Notes under the pieces: generated by a model
Database searches by the model: none
What the model was told of the DNA's origin: nothing
The model's input: the letters and a program-made list of their open reading frames with translations, nothing else
In this document: positions 45,088-55,461 of the stretch, piece after piece
Layout: each line of letters starts with the position of its first letter
How positions within the stretch are numbered: the stretch's first letter is position 1
NCBI GenBank assembly: GCA_934183165.1
Contig: CAKPRZ010000001.1
Coordinates: 119,833 to 183,832 of the forward strand
DNA length: 64,000 bases
Origin: an uncultured Bacilli bacterium
GTDB taxonomy: Bacteria > Bacillota_I > Bacilli_A > RF39 > UBA660
Reading direction: 5' to 3'
Made by a program: the position numbers and the translations under genes

Positions 45088-46647
45088 TTAACTATCGTTC
45101 TCCTTTTCTTCATGATAATCTGATTCTGTATTGACATTCCAAATATTAGATTTATCACTAATTGAATTATCAATGTTGTAAACAGCTTCAAAGGAAGTCA
45201 TCATAGAGTGATCCATATTATTATACCTATGTTGTCCATTTCTACCTACACAATATAAGTTATCAAATTTATTAATATAATCAATTAATTTATCTATATC
45301 TTTATAACTATCAAAATAAGCAGGATATGCTTTTTTTACTTTTTCAATATGATAATCCAAAATATCATCTTTATCTATAACGTTCATTTTAACTAATTCT
45401 TTTGTTACAAATTCTAATCTTTTCTTATCACTTAATTTCCAGCATTCGTCACCTTCATTACAAAAATATTCTAATCCTATCCATACTGTATTAAGTGGGT
45501 CCTTAACCATATAAGGACTCCAGTTATTAAACACTTGAATTCTCCCCAATTTACAGCTAGAATCCTGGACATAAATCCAACAATCAGGAATTATATTATT
45601 TAATGTTTTTATATTTGTTTCATTTTTTAAATTAAGTTTATCAACAAGTAATCCAACCGTTACAAAATCACGATATGGAAGATTTTTAGCAATGTTTTTA
45701 ATGTTTTTTGGAACTTTTCCATTTAAATTAACAACTAAATCTTTAAGTGGCATTGAAGAAATAAATATATCAGCTTTATACTCTATTAATTGATTTTTAT
45801 TTTTACATATTACTGACGTTATTTTATCATTATTAAAATTTATTTTTACTACTTCATTATTTTTCTTTATTTTGCCACCTAATTTTTCAAATTTGCTTGC
45901 TACTTCTTCCCAAAGTTGTCCTGGTCCATACTTAGGATAAGAAAATTCTTCAATTAAAGATGTTTCTTTTTTATTACCTATTTTTAGCATATCTTTGATA
46001 ACTGCCATAATTGATAATCCTTTAACTCTCTGACTTCCCCAATCCGCAGATATATATTTAGGATGACGTCCCCATAATTTTTCAGTATATCCTTCAAAAA
46101 ACATACTATATAATTTTTTTCCAAAGCGATTGATATAAAAATTTTCTAATGAATCTTCCTTCTTTTTGATAAAAATGCTTTTTAAATAACTAAAGCCACT
46201 TGCCATAGTTCTTTTAAATCCCATGTTAACAAATGTTTCTTTTTTCATTTTGATAGGATAATCAAAAAATTTATTTAAATAATATATTCTTGATATTCTT
46301 TGTCTTATAAGCATTACATTATCTTCTTTTTCAGGATCTTTTCCATTATCTATTAATTTCTTTTCTCTTCCTAACAACTTATCATCAAAAGATGGTTTAC
46401 CTTGTAGTGGCATAATATCATTCCAAAAATCATTTACTTGTTTGTCTTTTGAAAAGAATCTATGTCCCCCTATATCCATCCTGTTACCTTTATAATTAAC
46501 TGTTCTAGAAATTCCTCCTATACAGTTACTAGCTTCTAATATAGTAACATCATATTTACCTTTTAATTTTTCTAATTCATATCCCGCAGTAAGTCCAGCT
46601 GGTCCCGCACCTATAATTATTACCTTTTTCATTTTATTTCTCCACAA
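45088..46647 (-). CDS. glf: UDP-galactopyranose mutase-like FAD-dependent enzyme (long form)
   Basis: N-terminal [18 protein letters not shown] fold. [10 protein letters not shown] matches the UGM GYTEKQWG block. 519 aa, longer than the classical Glf. Confidence 0.6.
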   Translation of the reverse strand: MWRNKMKKVIIIGAGPAGLTAGYELEKLKGKYDVTILEASNCIGGISRTVNYKGNRMDIGGHRFFSKDKQVNDFWNDIMPLQGKPSFDDKLLGREKKLIDNGKDPEKEDNVMLIRQRISRIYYLNKFFDYPIKMKKETFVNMGFKRTMASGFSYLKSIFIKKKEDSLENFYINRFGKKLYSMFFEGYTEKLWGRHPKYISADWGSQRVKGLSIMAVIKDMLKIGNKKETSLIEEFSYPKYGPGQLWEEVASKFEKLGGKIKKNNEVVKINFNNDKITSVICKNKNQLIEYKADIFISSMPLKDLVVNLNGKVPKNIKNIAKNLPYRDFVTVGLLVDKLNLKNETNIKTLNNIIPDCWIYVQDSSCKLGRIQVFNNWSPYMVKDPLNTVWIGLEYFCNEGDECWKLSDKKRLEFVTKELVKMNVIDKDDILDYHIEKVKKAYPAYFDSYKDIDKLIDYINKFDNLYCVGRNGQHRYNNMDHSMMTSFEAVYNIDNSISDKSNIWNVNTESDYHEEKENDS

Positions 46648-47557
46648 ACAAGTTATCTATATTCTTTTTAGGGATCAATAGTTTAATATTTCTAACAACT
46701 TTTATTTCAAATTCATCACTATCTTCTTCTAATTTTTCCCCATCTATACACCAGTTTTTCTTAACATTTTTATCGTTAAATTTAATTTTCATACTACTTA
46801 CTTTATGAAAATAAAAACCTGGAACTTTAGTAATATCACTAGTAGTTAAATAATACAAACTTTTTACTATATCTTTCTTAGCTGTAATATTACATAATAA
46901 AACTTCAAATTTATTATCATCTAATTTTACATCTTTAACAAAGTCTTTAATACCCGCTACTCTTGTGGCATTAGATATGATTCCAAATGAATAAAGCCCA
47001 TTATAAACTTCTCCATCCACTTCATAAGTTATATCATATAATCTAGTCTTATTGGTAAACTCTTTAGCGCCTTCCATAAGATATGCCATATGTCCATAAC
47101 GTTTTTTTAAATTTCTACTTGTTTCATATGGTACATTCATAAATTTACCAAACCCCGCAACATAAACAAAAGGTCTACCATTTATAGTACATATATCAAT
47201 TTCTTTTTCAACACCATCTAAAAGCATTTTTATATTTTTGATAATATCTTTACCATATCCAAACATAACTCCAACATCATTGGTAGTTCCTACTGGAATA
47301 TGCGCTAAAAGGTTTCTTTTTTCTCTTTGTAAATTACCTGTCATTGCTTCATTAAATGTTCCATCTCCACCTACAGATATAACAAGATCAACAGCATCTA
47401 GTTCTCTAACCATTTTAGTAATATGTCCCTTGTATCTTGAAAAAAGAACTTCAGGTACATATTCATGTTCTAGTAATAAATCAACAAAATTTGCTAAAAA
47501 GTCTTTTCTTAATTTTTTTCCACTATTTGGGTTATAAATAATTACACATTTCTTCAT
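46634..47557 (-). CDS. DAGK_cat-family lipid kinase (YegS/DgkA-like)
   Basis: [13 protein letters not shown] glycine-rich ATP loop; 307 aa. Confidence 0.7.
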   Translation of the reverse strand: MKKCVIIYNPNSGKKLRKDFLANFVDLLLEHEYVPEVLFSRYKGHITKMVRELDAVDLVISVGGDGTFNEAMTGNLQREKRNLLAHIPVGTTNDVGVMFGYGKDIIKNIKMLLDGVEKEIDICTINGRPFVYVAGFGKFMNVPYETSRNLKKRYGHMAYLMEGAKEFTNKTRLYDITYEVDGEVYNGLYSFGIISNATRVAGIKDFVKDVKLDDNKFEVLLCNITAKKDIVKSLYYLTTSDITKVPGFYFHKVSSMKIKFNDKNVKKNWCIDGEKLEEDSDEFEIKVVRNIKLLIPKKNIDNLFVEK

Positions 47558-47640
47558 ATTTTATACCAACCTTCTATACCAATATATCATACTTTTTATT
47601 TCTATTCAATTTCTTGTAAACAAAAAAAGACAACCGTTGG

Positions 47641-48819
47641 TTATCTTCTATTGAGTTTATTATTAAATACCCATTCATATGTTTTTTTAGTTGAATTACC
47701 ATCACACTCATCTAAAAATTTTTCTTTAAATTTTTTTCTTTGGGCTTTATCTACTTTTTTCATCTCTATCATTTTTATTAATTCTTTACTGTTTTTAGCA
47801 ACACTTCCATAAACATAGTCACTAAATGGAAAGAAAAGTCCTCTATCGTTTGCATATTCATCTTCATCATACGCAAAATAAACAATAGGTTTTTCCATAA
47901 AGAAATAATCAAAAATTACTGATGAGTAATCAGTTACTAAAACATCAGTTATCAAAAGTAAGTCATTAATATCAGCTTCACTTGATAAATCATAATAGAA
48001 ATCTTTATACTTCTTATATTTATCGTATCCTAAAGCTATACCTTTTTCTATATTATTTGTTAAAAAAGGATGCCATTTAAATATAAATACATAATCTTCT
48101 TTACTAAATTTATTATAAATATCATCTAAGTTTAATTTTTCAATATCGTAATGAGCCTCACTAAATTGAGTACCTCTATATGTAGGTGCGAAAAGTATTA
48201 CTTTCTTATTTTTTAAGAAAGGATACTTTTTATATATTTTCTTCTTTTCGTTTTCCATATATTTTTTATTGAAAAATAAATCAGTTCTTGGAAATCCAGT
48301 AGCTTGTACCTTAGAAATATCCATACCAAAGGCATCAGCATAACACTGTCTAATGTTATTACCACTTACGATAGCTTTTGTATATCTTTTATATCCTTTA
48401 TGAATATGATTACTACTTATATCATCTCTACAATAGCCAAACTTTTTAAATGCACCTGGTCCATGCCATAACTGAACTATTTCTTGACTTTTTTTAAAGT
48501 GAAAATATGCAGTTGCGCTTACCAAGTCTTCTAAGAATATATATTTAGATGTTGCTAAGGCATAAATAAGTTTTATACTTCCTAATATTCCTCTTGAATC
48601 ACGTCTATCATGTTTTAGTATTATAACTTTATCATAACTACTAGGAATATAATCGTACATAAATTTTAAATTACCACCAAGTTCTATTCTAGTATCAGAA
48701 ATAAACAAACATTTTTTCTTTTTTACTGGTACTACTAAGAAAATAAAACTTAGTACATATATAAGACCTGCATGAAACATTTTCTTTATTTTTTTCAAAT
48801 ACTTCACTATAAGCACCAC
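47641..48819 (-). CDS. CDP-glycerol glycerophosphotransferase (TagB/TagF family)
   Basis: QLWHGPGAFKKFGY and ITDYSSVIFDYF motifs. Confidence 0.8.
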   Translation of the reverse strand: MVLIVKYLKKIKKMFHAGLIYVLSFIFLVVPVKKKKCLFISDTRIELGGNLKFMYDYIPSSYDKVIILKHDRRDSRGILGSIKLIYALATSKYIFLEDLVSATAYFHFKKSQEIVQLWHGPGAFKKFGYCRDDISSNHIHKGYKRYTKAIVSGNNIRQCYADAFGMDISKVQATGFPRTDLFFNKKYMENEKKKIYKKYPFLKNKKVILFAPTYRGTQFSEAHYDIEKLNLDDIYNKFSKEDYVFIFKWHPFLTNNIEKGIALGYDKYKKYKDFYYDLSSEADINDLLLITDVLVTDYSSVIFDYFFMEKPIVYFAYDEDEYANDRGLFFPFSDYVYGSVAKNSKELIKMIEMKKVDKAQRKKFKEKFLDECDGNSTKKTYEWVFNNKLNRR

Positions 48820-48820
48820 A

Positions 48821-49537
48821 CTAACCTAAATTACTATAAACACTTTGTACATCATCAATATCTTCTAAAGTATCAATTAAATTTTGAACTTTTATTGCTT
48901 CCTCTTCACCTAATTCAATTAAGTTACTAGCAACGAATGTTATTTCACTAGTAATAAATTCTGATACTCCTAAAGCCTCTAATGCATCTTTAACTTTAAT
49001 AAAATCTTCTGGAGTTGTATATATTTCATAATTATCATCATTAGTTATAAAATCAACTGCCCCATTATCAAGTGAAGTTAACATTGCCTCTTCTTCATCT
49101 ATTACTTTAGGTATTACAATAACACCTTTTCTTTCAAACATATAACTAACTGAACCATCTGTTCCAAGATTTCCACCTCTTTTAGTTAATGTTGATCTAA
49201 CAAGCATAGCGGTTCTATTTCTATTATCAGTTAAACAATCGACCATTAAAGCTACTCCACTTGGACCATATCCTTCATATCTAACTAATTCATAATCTTC
49301 TCCACCTGCTGCTCCTACAGCCTTATCGATTGCCTTTTGAATATTATCTTTTGGCATATTATTACTTCTTGCTTTTTCTAAAACAGCTCTAAGTCCCGGA
49401 TTATCATCTGGATTACCATTTGTCCCTTTAGCTGCCACATAAATTTCTTTGGCTATTTTTTGAAAAACTTTACCACGTGCTGCATCTAATTCACCTTTTT
49501 TTCTATGAATTGTTGCCCATTTTGAATGTCCACTCAT
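48821..49537 (-). CDS. yebC: YebC/PmpR-family transcriptional regulator
   Basis: MSGHSKWATIHRKKG...ARGKVFQK N-terminus, 238 aa. Confidence 0.85.
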   Translation of the reverse strand: MSGHSKWATIHRKKGELDAARGKVFQKIAKEIYVAAKGTNGNPDDNPGLRAVLEKARSNNMPKDNIQKAIDKAVGAAGGEDYELVRYEGYGPSGVALMVDCLTDNRNRTAMLVRSTLTKRGGNLGTDGSVSYMFERKGVIVIPKVIDEEEAMLTSLDNGAVDFITNDDNYEIYTTPEDFIKVKDALEALGVSEFITSEITFVASNLIELGEEEAIKVQNLIDTLEDIDDVQSVYSNLG

Positions 49538-49547
49538 AAATACTCTC

Positions 49548-50252
49548 CTAACTAAAATAACTAATTATTACTGGGGATAATATAAGAAGTAACAGTAATG
49601 GAATAAAAAATATTACTGAAACAACTGACACCTTTAAAGGAATTTTATTAATAACAGCTTTAGTTTTTGTTATTTGTTTATCCCTTATGTAATCTACTTG
49701 ATTATGCATACTTTCAATTATACTATTACCAAAAATATTTGATTGTGAAATATTTAAAATAATATTATTAATAGTTTCTGATGGAATTCTACCTTTTAAG
49801 TCTTCTAAAGCCTCATTAAGATCTTTTCCATATTTAACTTTACTTAATGCTATTTTAAATTCATTTGATAGTTCATTATCAATATTATTAGCCGTCAAAT
49901 CAAGAGAAGTTTTTAAATTTCTACCTGTTTCAAGTGCTAAAGTTAAAACTTCAAAAAAGTACATTGCTTCTTTATCTAACCTATCGGCTCTTCTATCTAC
50001 TTTTAAGTCAATAAATATTTTTGGTAAAAAGATATAATATGCAACTGTTACTATTGGTGCAATTATATACCCAAGTTCCAAGAAGTATAATAACATAAAA
50101 AATAGTAAAATGGAAGAAACAAGTCTTATATTTAAGAAAATAACTGCATCATAACTATTCTCATATCCTAAAAGGTTAATTCTTTTTTGATACTTATCAA
50201 TAATAGCCTTGGAATAAATTCTATAGCTTACGCCTTTTCTATTCTTTTTCAT
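49548..50252 (-). CDS. tadC: TadC-like platform protein (second tad locus)
   Basis: Polytopic 234-aa protein downstream of the TadB-like gene. Confidence 0.55.
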   Translation of the reverse strand: MKKNRKGVSYRIYSKAIIDKYQKRINLLGYENSYDAVIFLNIRLVSSILLFFMLLYFLELGYIIAPIVTVAYYIFLPKIFIDLKVDRRADRLDKEAMYFFEVLTLALETGRNLKTSLDLTANNIDNELSNEFKIALSKVKYGKDLNEALEDLKGRIPSETINNIILNISQSNIFGNSIIESMHNQVDYIRDKQITKTKAVINKIPLKVSVVSVIFFIPLLLLLILSPVIISYFS

Positions 50253-50255
50253 AAC

Positions 50256-51260
50256 TTACTCCTTCATTTTTATTATCTTTCTAATTATTAATATATAAGA
50301 TATATATATTAGTATCATAAAACTTAATATAATTCTTCCAACACTTGTTTTAAATAATGGACTAAAATAGCTTGGATTTAAAAGGACAATTATACTAGTT
50401 AAAAGAATTGGTACAGCTACTAAAATTCTATATATAGCATTAGCTGATGATGATAAAGCTCCAAGCTCTTCTTTTAATTTTTTTCTAGTAAAAGCACTAC
50501 GTTCTACTGATGCAAAAACTTGAACAATATTACCTCCTGTTTTATTTAAAACAGATAGTGAGGTTGATATATATTTTGCTTCTTCAGTATTAACTCTTCT
50601 AGCAAATCTTTCAAAAACTAAGTCCATATCAAGACCAAAACTGATATCAATATACATCTTTCTAAATTCATCTGATATTGGTCCATCCAATTCATTTGAT
50701 ACCATATATATAGCTTGCATAATACTAAGGCCAGATTTAAAAGCATTATTCATGATTATAATGGCATCTAACATAGCTTTTTCAATTTTAGCTTTTCTTA
50801 TTTTTCTTTTAGATATCCAATATATATCTGGTACAAAGAATCCTACTAAAAATACTGTCAGTACTTGTGATATTGAAATACTTTGATATCTTAAAACGTC
50901 CGATAAAACGATCAAAATACTACATAATATTGCCCAAATAAATTTAGTTGAGACATAATCCATTGGATCTTCTCTATTTATTTTTGAATAATCTAACATA
51001 TTTTCATATTTTTTACTATACTTCTTTAAGGAAGCACTTTTAACTAAAAATTTAGAAAATTTTCTTTTTAATCCTACATAAAATCTATGAAGTTTTTCTA
51101 AGAAGGGAGTCGTATTATCATTAATAGGTTCAACACAATACTTTTTAAATCTATTAGTAGTTGTAGTAGATGTATTAACACGATAAAACCATACTATAAG
51201 CCACATAAGTGATATTATTAATACCATTTGAACAATTAAGGTATTGATATCTATATTCAT
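50256..51260 (-). CDS. tadB: TadB-like platform protein (second tad locus)
   Basis: Polytopic 334-aa protein downstream of the CpaF-like ATPase. Confidence 0.55.
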   Translation of the reverse strand: MNIDINTLIVQMVLIISLMWLIVWFYRVNTSTTTTNRFKKYCVEPINDNTTPFLEKLHRFYVGLKRKFSKFLVKSASLKKYSKKYENMLDYSKINREDPMDYVSTKFIWAILCSILIVLSDVLRYQSISISQVLTVFLVGFFVPDIYWISKRKIRKAKIEKAMLDAIIIMNNAFKSGLSIMQAIYMVSNELDGPISDEFRKMYIDISFGLDMDLVFERFARRVNTEEAKYISTSLSVLNKTGGNIVQVFASVERSAFTRKKLKEELGALSSSANAIYRILVAVPILLTSIIVLLNPSYFSPLFKTSVGRIILSFMILIYISYILIIRKIIKMKE

Positions 51261-51280
51261 ACGTACCCTCCTTTTTTATT

Positions 51281-52660
51281 TTATTTTTCTTCTTTCTTGT
51301 TTTTCTTATTTTTTTCTATATTTTCAAATATATCATCTATTGAATCAATTCCACGATTTTTAATTTTTTTATAGACTTGTGGAATATAATTATATAATAC
51401 AAATTCTCCGTTTACTTCACCACTATCAGTTAATCCATTTTGATTAAAAGCAAAAATCTCTCGTAAGTTAATATTTTCACCATCAAAACCAACTATTTCT
51501 GATATTGAAGTTACTTTTCTTCTACCATCACTTAATCTTTCGACATTGACAACAATATCCAAAGCCTTATCAATATATCCTCTAATTGCCTTTAAAGGTA
51601 TATCCATCTCACTCATAAGTATCATTGTTTCAAGACGATTTAAAGCATCAGCCGCTGAGTTGGCATGAAGTGTAGTTAAAGATCCGTCATGTCCAGTATT
51701 CATTGCTTGTAACATATCAAAAGCTTCTTTTCCACGAACTTCACCAACAATTATTCTATCTGGTCTCATACGTAATGAGTTTCTAACCAAATCACGAATT
51801 GTAACTTCACCATCGTTTTCATAATTAACATTTCTAGTTTCTAGTGAAATTACATGTTGTTGTTTTAATCTTAGTTCAACTGCATCTTCAATAGTTATAA
51901 TTCGTTCATTTTCTCCAATGAAATTAGATAAAATATTAAGTAAAGTTGTTTTACCACTACCAGTACCACCACAAACAATAATATTTAATTTTCCTTCAAC
52001 ACAAGCTTGTAAAAACCTTGCCATATAAGGTGTTAATGTACCATTACCTATTAAACTATCGATACTATCAATACTTTTTTTAAATTTACGAATAGTTAAA
52101 ACAGGTCCTTTAAGTGAAAGTGGTGGAATTATAGCATTAATTCTCGAACCATCTGGCAAGTGTGAGTCAACCATAGGATTAGCTGAGTCAATAGTACGCC
52201 CTAATGGTTGAACAATTCTTTGAATAGTTCTAATTATATGTTCATCATTAATAAAAGATATTGTTTCATCTTTTAAAAGTTGTCCATCAACTTCTATATA
52301 TATTTCATTAGGACTATTAACCATTATTTCTGTAACACTATCATCATCTAGAAGTTCAGTTATTGGTCCATATCCATTAATTTCATTTTCTATTAAATTG
52401 AACAAATGATTTCTCTCTAAATTAGTTAAATCATAACCATCAGTAATAACATCTATCTCTTCATTGATATACTGTGTAAGTAACTTATCGTCAGGTATTT
52501 GATTATCAATTAATTCCTGAATAATACTATCTCTAAATTTATCTAATAGTTTTTTATCTTTAAACACATCATAATCATTTAAATCTGTACTTCTATTATT
52601 TTCACGCTCATCAATAATTTCAAATTCTTCTAACCAACTATTCTTCTTCATTTTCATCAA
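51281..52660 (-). CDS. tadA: CpaF/TadA-family secretion ATPase (second tad locus)
   Basis: Walker [20 protein letters not shown] Asp box, GspE-family architecture. Confidence 0.85.
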   Translation of the reverse strand: MMKMKKNSWLEEFEIIDERENNRSTDLNDYDVFKDKKLLDKFRDSIIQELIDNQIPDDKLLTQYINEEIDVITDGYDLTNLERNHLFNLIENEINGYGPITELLDDDSVTEIMVNSPNEIYIEVDGQLLKDETISFINDEHIIRTIQRIVQPLGRTIDSANPMVDSHLPDGSRINAIIPPLSLKGPVLTIRKFKKSIDSIDSLIGNGTLTPYMARFLQACVEGKLNIIVCGGTGSGKTTLLNILSNFIGENERIITIEDAVELRLKQQHVISLETRNVNYENDGEVTIRDLVRNSLRMRPDRIIVGEVRGKEAFDMLQAMNTGHDGSLTTLHANSAADALNRLETMILMSEMDIPLKAIRGYIDKALDIVVNVERLSDGRRKVTSISEIVGFDGENINLREIFAFNQNGLTDSGEVNGEFVLYNYIPQVYKKIKNRGIDSIDDIFENIEKNKKNKKEEK

Positions 52661-53429
52661 CTCCTTTTTTATTATCTTCTAGGAGCCTAGTCGCAAGAGA
52701 TAAAATACTCTTATATGTTTTTCCACTCTTAATCTTAGAAAATGCTTTAAGTAAGCTTCCTTCCATAACATACATATCGTAATTTCTAGTATACATAGAA
52801 TCTGGAATTATATAATCTATGTTATACCCTATTACTTCTCTTATATCATAATTAGAAAAATAATCTTTTCTATCATCAGCACTATTATTTAACGCTACAA
52901 CTAAATTATTTGTTTTTATATTTTTACAAATAGAGATAAATGTCCTAGTTCCTTTTAATGAAATAGCATCATTAGTAAATATATCTAGTATTGTATCGGA
53001 ATAATCAAAAGCAAGCATACTATATACATTTAAAGAATGATTAGTATCAACTAGAATTACATCATAATAATTAGCTACGCTTTCCATTAATATTTTTAAA
53101 CATTTTTTATCTACTTTACCAGCTTGTCTAGGATCTTTAGGAGAGGCCAAAAGGTCTATTTGATCTTCTATATGACATATATATTCTCCATTATTAAGTC
53201 CTTTATAACGGTTATTATTCATATCATCACATATATTATAGATACTGTTTTTTACATCAGCTTTTAGCATAAATGCCAAACTACCTGAATAAAGATCTAA
53301 ATCGATCATCAATACACTTTTTCCTAAGTTTTTATACATAGCAGCAAGTAATAAGACGGTTGTAGTTTTTCCTACTCCACCCTTCATTGAAGTCACTGTG
53401 ATAATTTTACCCTTTTTAATCTTTGCCAT
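52638..53429 (-). CDS. CpaE/TadZ-like MinD/ParA-family ATPase with a canonical deviant Walker A
   Basis: VTSMKGGVGKTTTVLLLA; 263 aa, no receiver-like N-domain. Confidence 0.7.
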   Translation of the reverse strand: MAKIKKGKIITVTSMKGGVGKTTTVLLLAAMYKNLGKSVLMIDLDLYSGSLAFMLKADVKNSIYNICDDMNNNRYKGLNNGEYICHIEDQIDLLASPKDPRQAGKVDKKCLKILMESVANYYDVILVDTNHSLNVYSMLAFDYSDTILDIFTNDAISLKGTRTFISICKNIKTNNLVVALNNSADDRKDYFSNYDIREVIGYNIDYIIPDSMYTRNYDMYVMEGSLLKAFSKIKSGKTYKSILSLATRLLEDNKKGVDENEEE

Positions 53430-53444
53430 ATTATCCCTCTTTTA

Positions 53445-53756
53445 TTAAGATACTTTTACTTTTTCTACAATTTCGTAATAATCTCTACCAATAATTTTTC
53501 CAAAAAAGCATTTAACTTTTTTTGTTATTTTTAATTCATTATCAACAATTTCTATTTGAACATCAGGTTCATTTTTATTAATAATTTCTTTTGCCTTTTC
53601 AACACTTTCATCTTCCTTTATAGTTGTGATAATATTTTCTAATCTATTTCTTTCATAATTTATATTGACTGTATCAACAACATATGCCAAAAAAAGTAAT
53701 AACACAGGCATTATAATAACAAATATAACTAATGCTTGAGCTTTATTGTTTAACAT
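53445..53756 (-). CDS. TadE-like pseudopilin
   Basis: MLNNKAQALVIFVIIMPVLLLFLAYVVD: TadE N-terminal motif (basic residue, then A-x-x-E/I-F hydrophobic helix). Confidence 0.55.
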   Translation of the reverse strand: MLNNKAQALVIFVIIMPVLLLFLAYVVDTVNINYERNRLENIITTIKEDESVEKAKEIINKNEPDVQIEIVDNELKITKKVKCFFGKIIGRDYYEIVEKVKVS

Positions 53757-54117
53757 AATAAACCACTCTTTCTACTTTAGCATTATATGGATACCCAATA
53801 ATTAAATTCAATCCTGGAGTTATTGTTTTTATTTCTTTTGATAATTTTATTGTTACATAATTAGTCTCATTGTTAAATGATAATTCTGTTTTAATATTTT
53901 TATCATTAATGCTTTTTTGAACATTTGGATATAACTCATCTATTTCGATAGTGTTTTTTAATGCATCAACTGCATCTGATAATTTATTTTCTAGTTCACT
54001 TTTAGTAATCATAATAGTACCAAAATCAATAATTGCAAACAATATCATAATAAGAACTGGTAATATTAAAACAAATTCTATTAAAGCTTGAGCCTTTTCA
54101 TTCCTCACAGATACCAT
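53743..54117 (-). CDS. TadE-like pseudopilin
   Basis: RNEKAQALIEFVLILPVLIMILFAIIDFG: classic TadE/TadF N-terminus. Confidence 0.6.
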   Translation of the reverse strand: MVSVRNEKAQALIEFVLILPVLIMILFAIIDFGTIMITKSELENKLSDAVDALKNTIEIDELYPNVQKSINDKNIKTELSFNNETNYVTIKLSKEIKTITPGLNLIIGYPYNAKVERVVYYVKQ

Positions 54118-54194
54118 CCCCTATTATCTATCATAGACAATTATATCATAGTAAAATAGAAAAAAAAAGAGAAACAGTTCTCTTAATCTTATTT

Positions 54195-55460
54195 TTATTT
54201 ATGTAATAACACTGTAGCACTATTATCAAGTTTTAACTCATCTTTAATTTTAATTAATTCTTTATAATTCATGCTTCTTATTTTATCTATTTTATCATTA
54301 ATAATTTCATTCCAAGTTATATAATCATCTATAATAACGTCAGCTAAAGTCTGAACATTATCAGAGTTCATTACTTTTGATGCTATCAAAACTTTTTTAA
54401 ATCTTTCTAATTCTTCTTCCTTTATTGAAGCATTTTTAAAGCATTTAAATATTTCTTTTGATAGTTGTTCACTTTTATCTGTCTCAGCATAGAATTCTAT
54501 AATTAAGAAATCATCAACAATCATTTTTCCAGTACTAAAATATGTAATTAATCCTTTTTCATACATTTCTTCTCTAAATTTTGAAGATGATCCAAATAAT
54601 ATACTTATAATAGCTGATATATATAAATAATATGAATATTTATTTTTGATATCTTTTAGAGATAACTTCACATCAATCGCAAGCTTTGAAGTAACAACAT
54701 TAGGCATTGCTATTTCTCTATATTTTTCATTAACTTTTAACGGTTCATTTTCTTTTATTTTTTTTATTTCTGTTTTACTAGTTCTAGAATTTAGTGTTTC
54801 ATTATTTTTTATTACTTCCATTATTTTATCTTTATCAAATTTACCAGACACTACTAGAAGCATATTACTATTTTGATAGAAAGTATTATAACACTTATAT
54901 AAATCTTCTTTTGTAATTGAATTAACAGTTTCACTATATCCTGCAATGTCATATCTAATAGGATGATTTTTAAATGTTGACTTTTGAACTTCTTCTGTAA
55001 GAACCCAATCAGGATTATCATCGTACATTTTAATTTCTTGAATAATTATTCCTTTTTCTTTTTCAACATTTTCATCAGTAAAATAAGGTGTATTAACAAA
55101 ATCCAACAAGTAATTTAAATTCTCTTCAATATTATTTACACCCCAAACAAAATAAGATGTTTTATTATAGCTAGTACCAGCATTACAACCTGTTCCACTT
55201 TTACTAAAAAATGTAAAAGGATCTTCTCCGTTTTCCTGTTCAAACATTTTATGTTCTAGGAAATGAGCAATTCCCTTTGGTGAAGAATACTTCTTGCCAT
55301 CTTCCAAAGTAAAATCTAAGTTAACTGAACCATATTTAGTTGTATAACTAATATAATAACTATTTTTTGTTTCGAAAGGAATTAATACTACTTCTAATCC
55401 ATTATCTAGTTTATCGGTATAAATCTTTTGATCAAGGCCTAAAATTTCGATTTCTTTCAT
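54195..55460 (-). CDS. M16-family zinc peptidase (active, HxxEH)
   Basis: HFLEHKMF inverted zinc-binding motif; 421 aa. Confidence 0.75.
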   Translation of the reverse strand: MKEIEILGLDQKIYTDKLDNGLEVVLIPFETKNSYYISYTTKYGSVNLDFTLEDGKKYSSPKGIAHFLEHKMFEQENGEDPFTFFSKSGTGCNAGTSYNKTSYFVWGVNNIEENLNYLLDFVNTPYFTDENVEKEKGIIIQEIKMYDDNPDWVLTEEVQKSTFKNHPIRYDIAGYSETVNSITKEDLYKCYNTFYQNSNMLLVVSGKFDKDKIMEVIKNNETLNSRTSKTEIKKIKENEPLKVNEKYREIAMPNVVTSKLAIDVKLSLKDIKNKYSYYLYISAIISILFGSSSKFREEMYEKGLITYFSTGKMIVDDFLIIEFYAETDKSEQLSKEIFKCFKNASIKEEELERFKKVLIASKVMNSDNVQTLADVIIDDYITWNEIINDKIDKIRSMNYKELIKIKDELKLDNSATVLLHK

Positions 55461-55461
55461 A

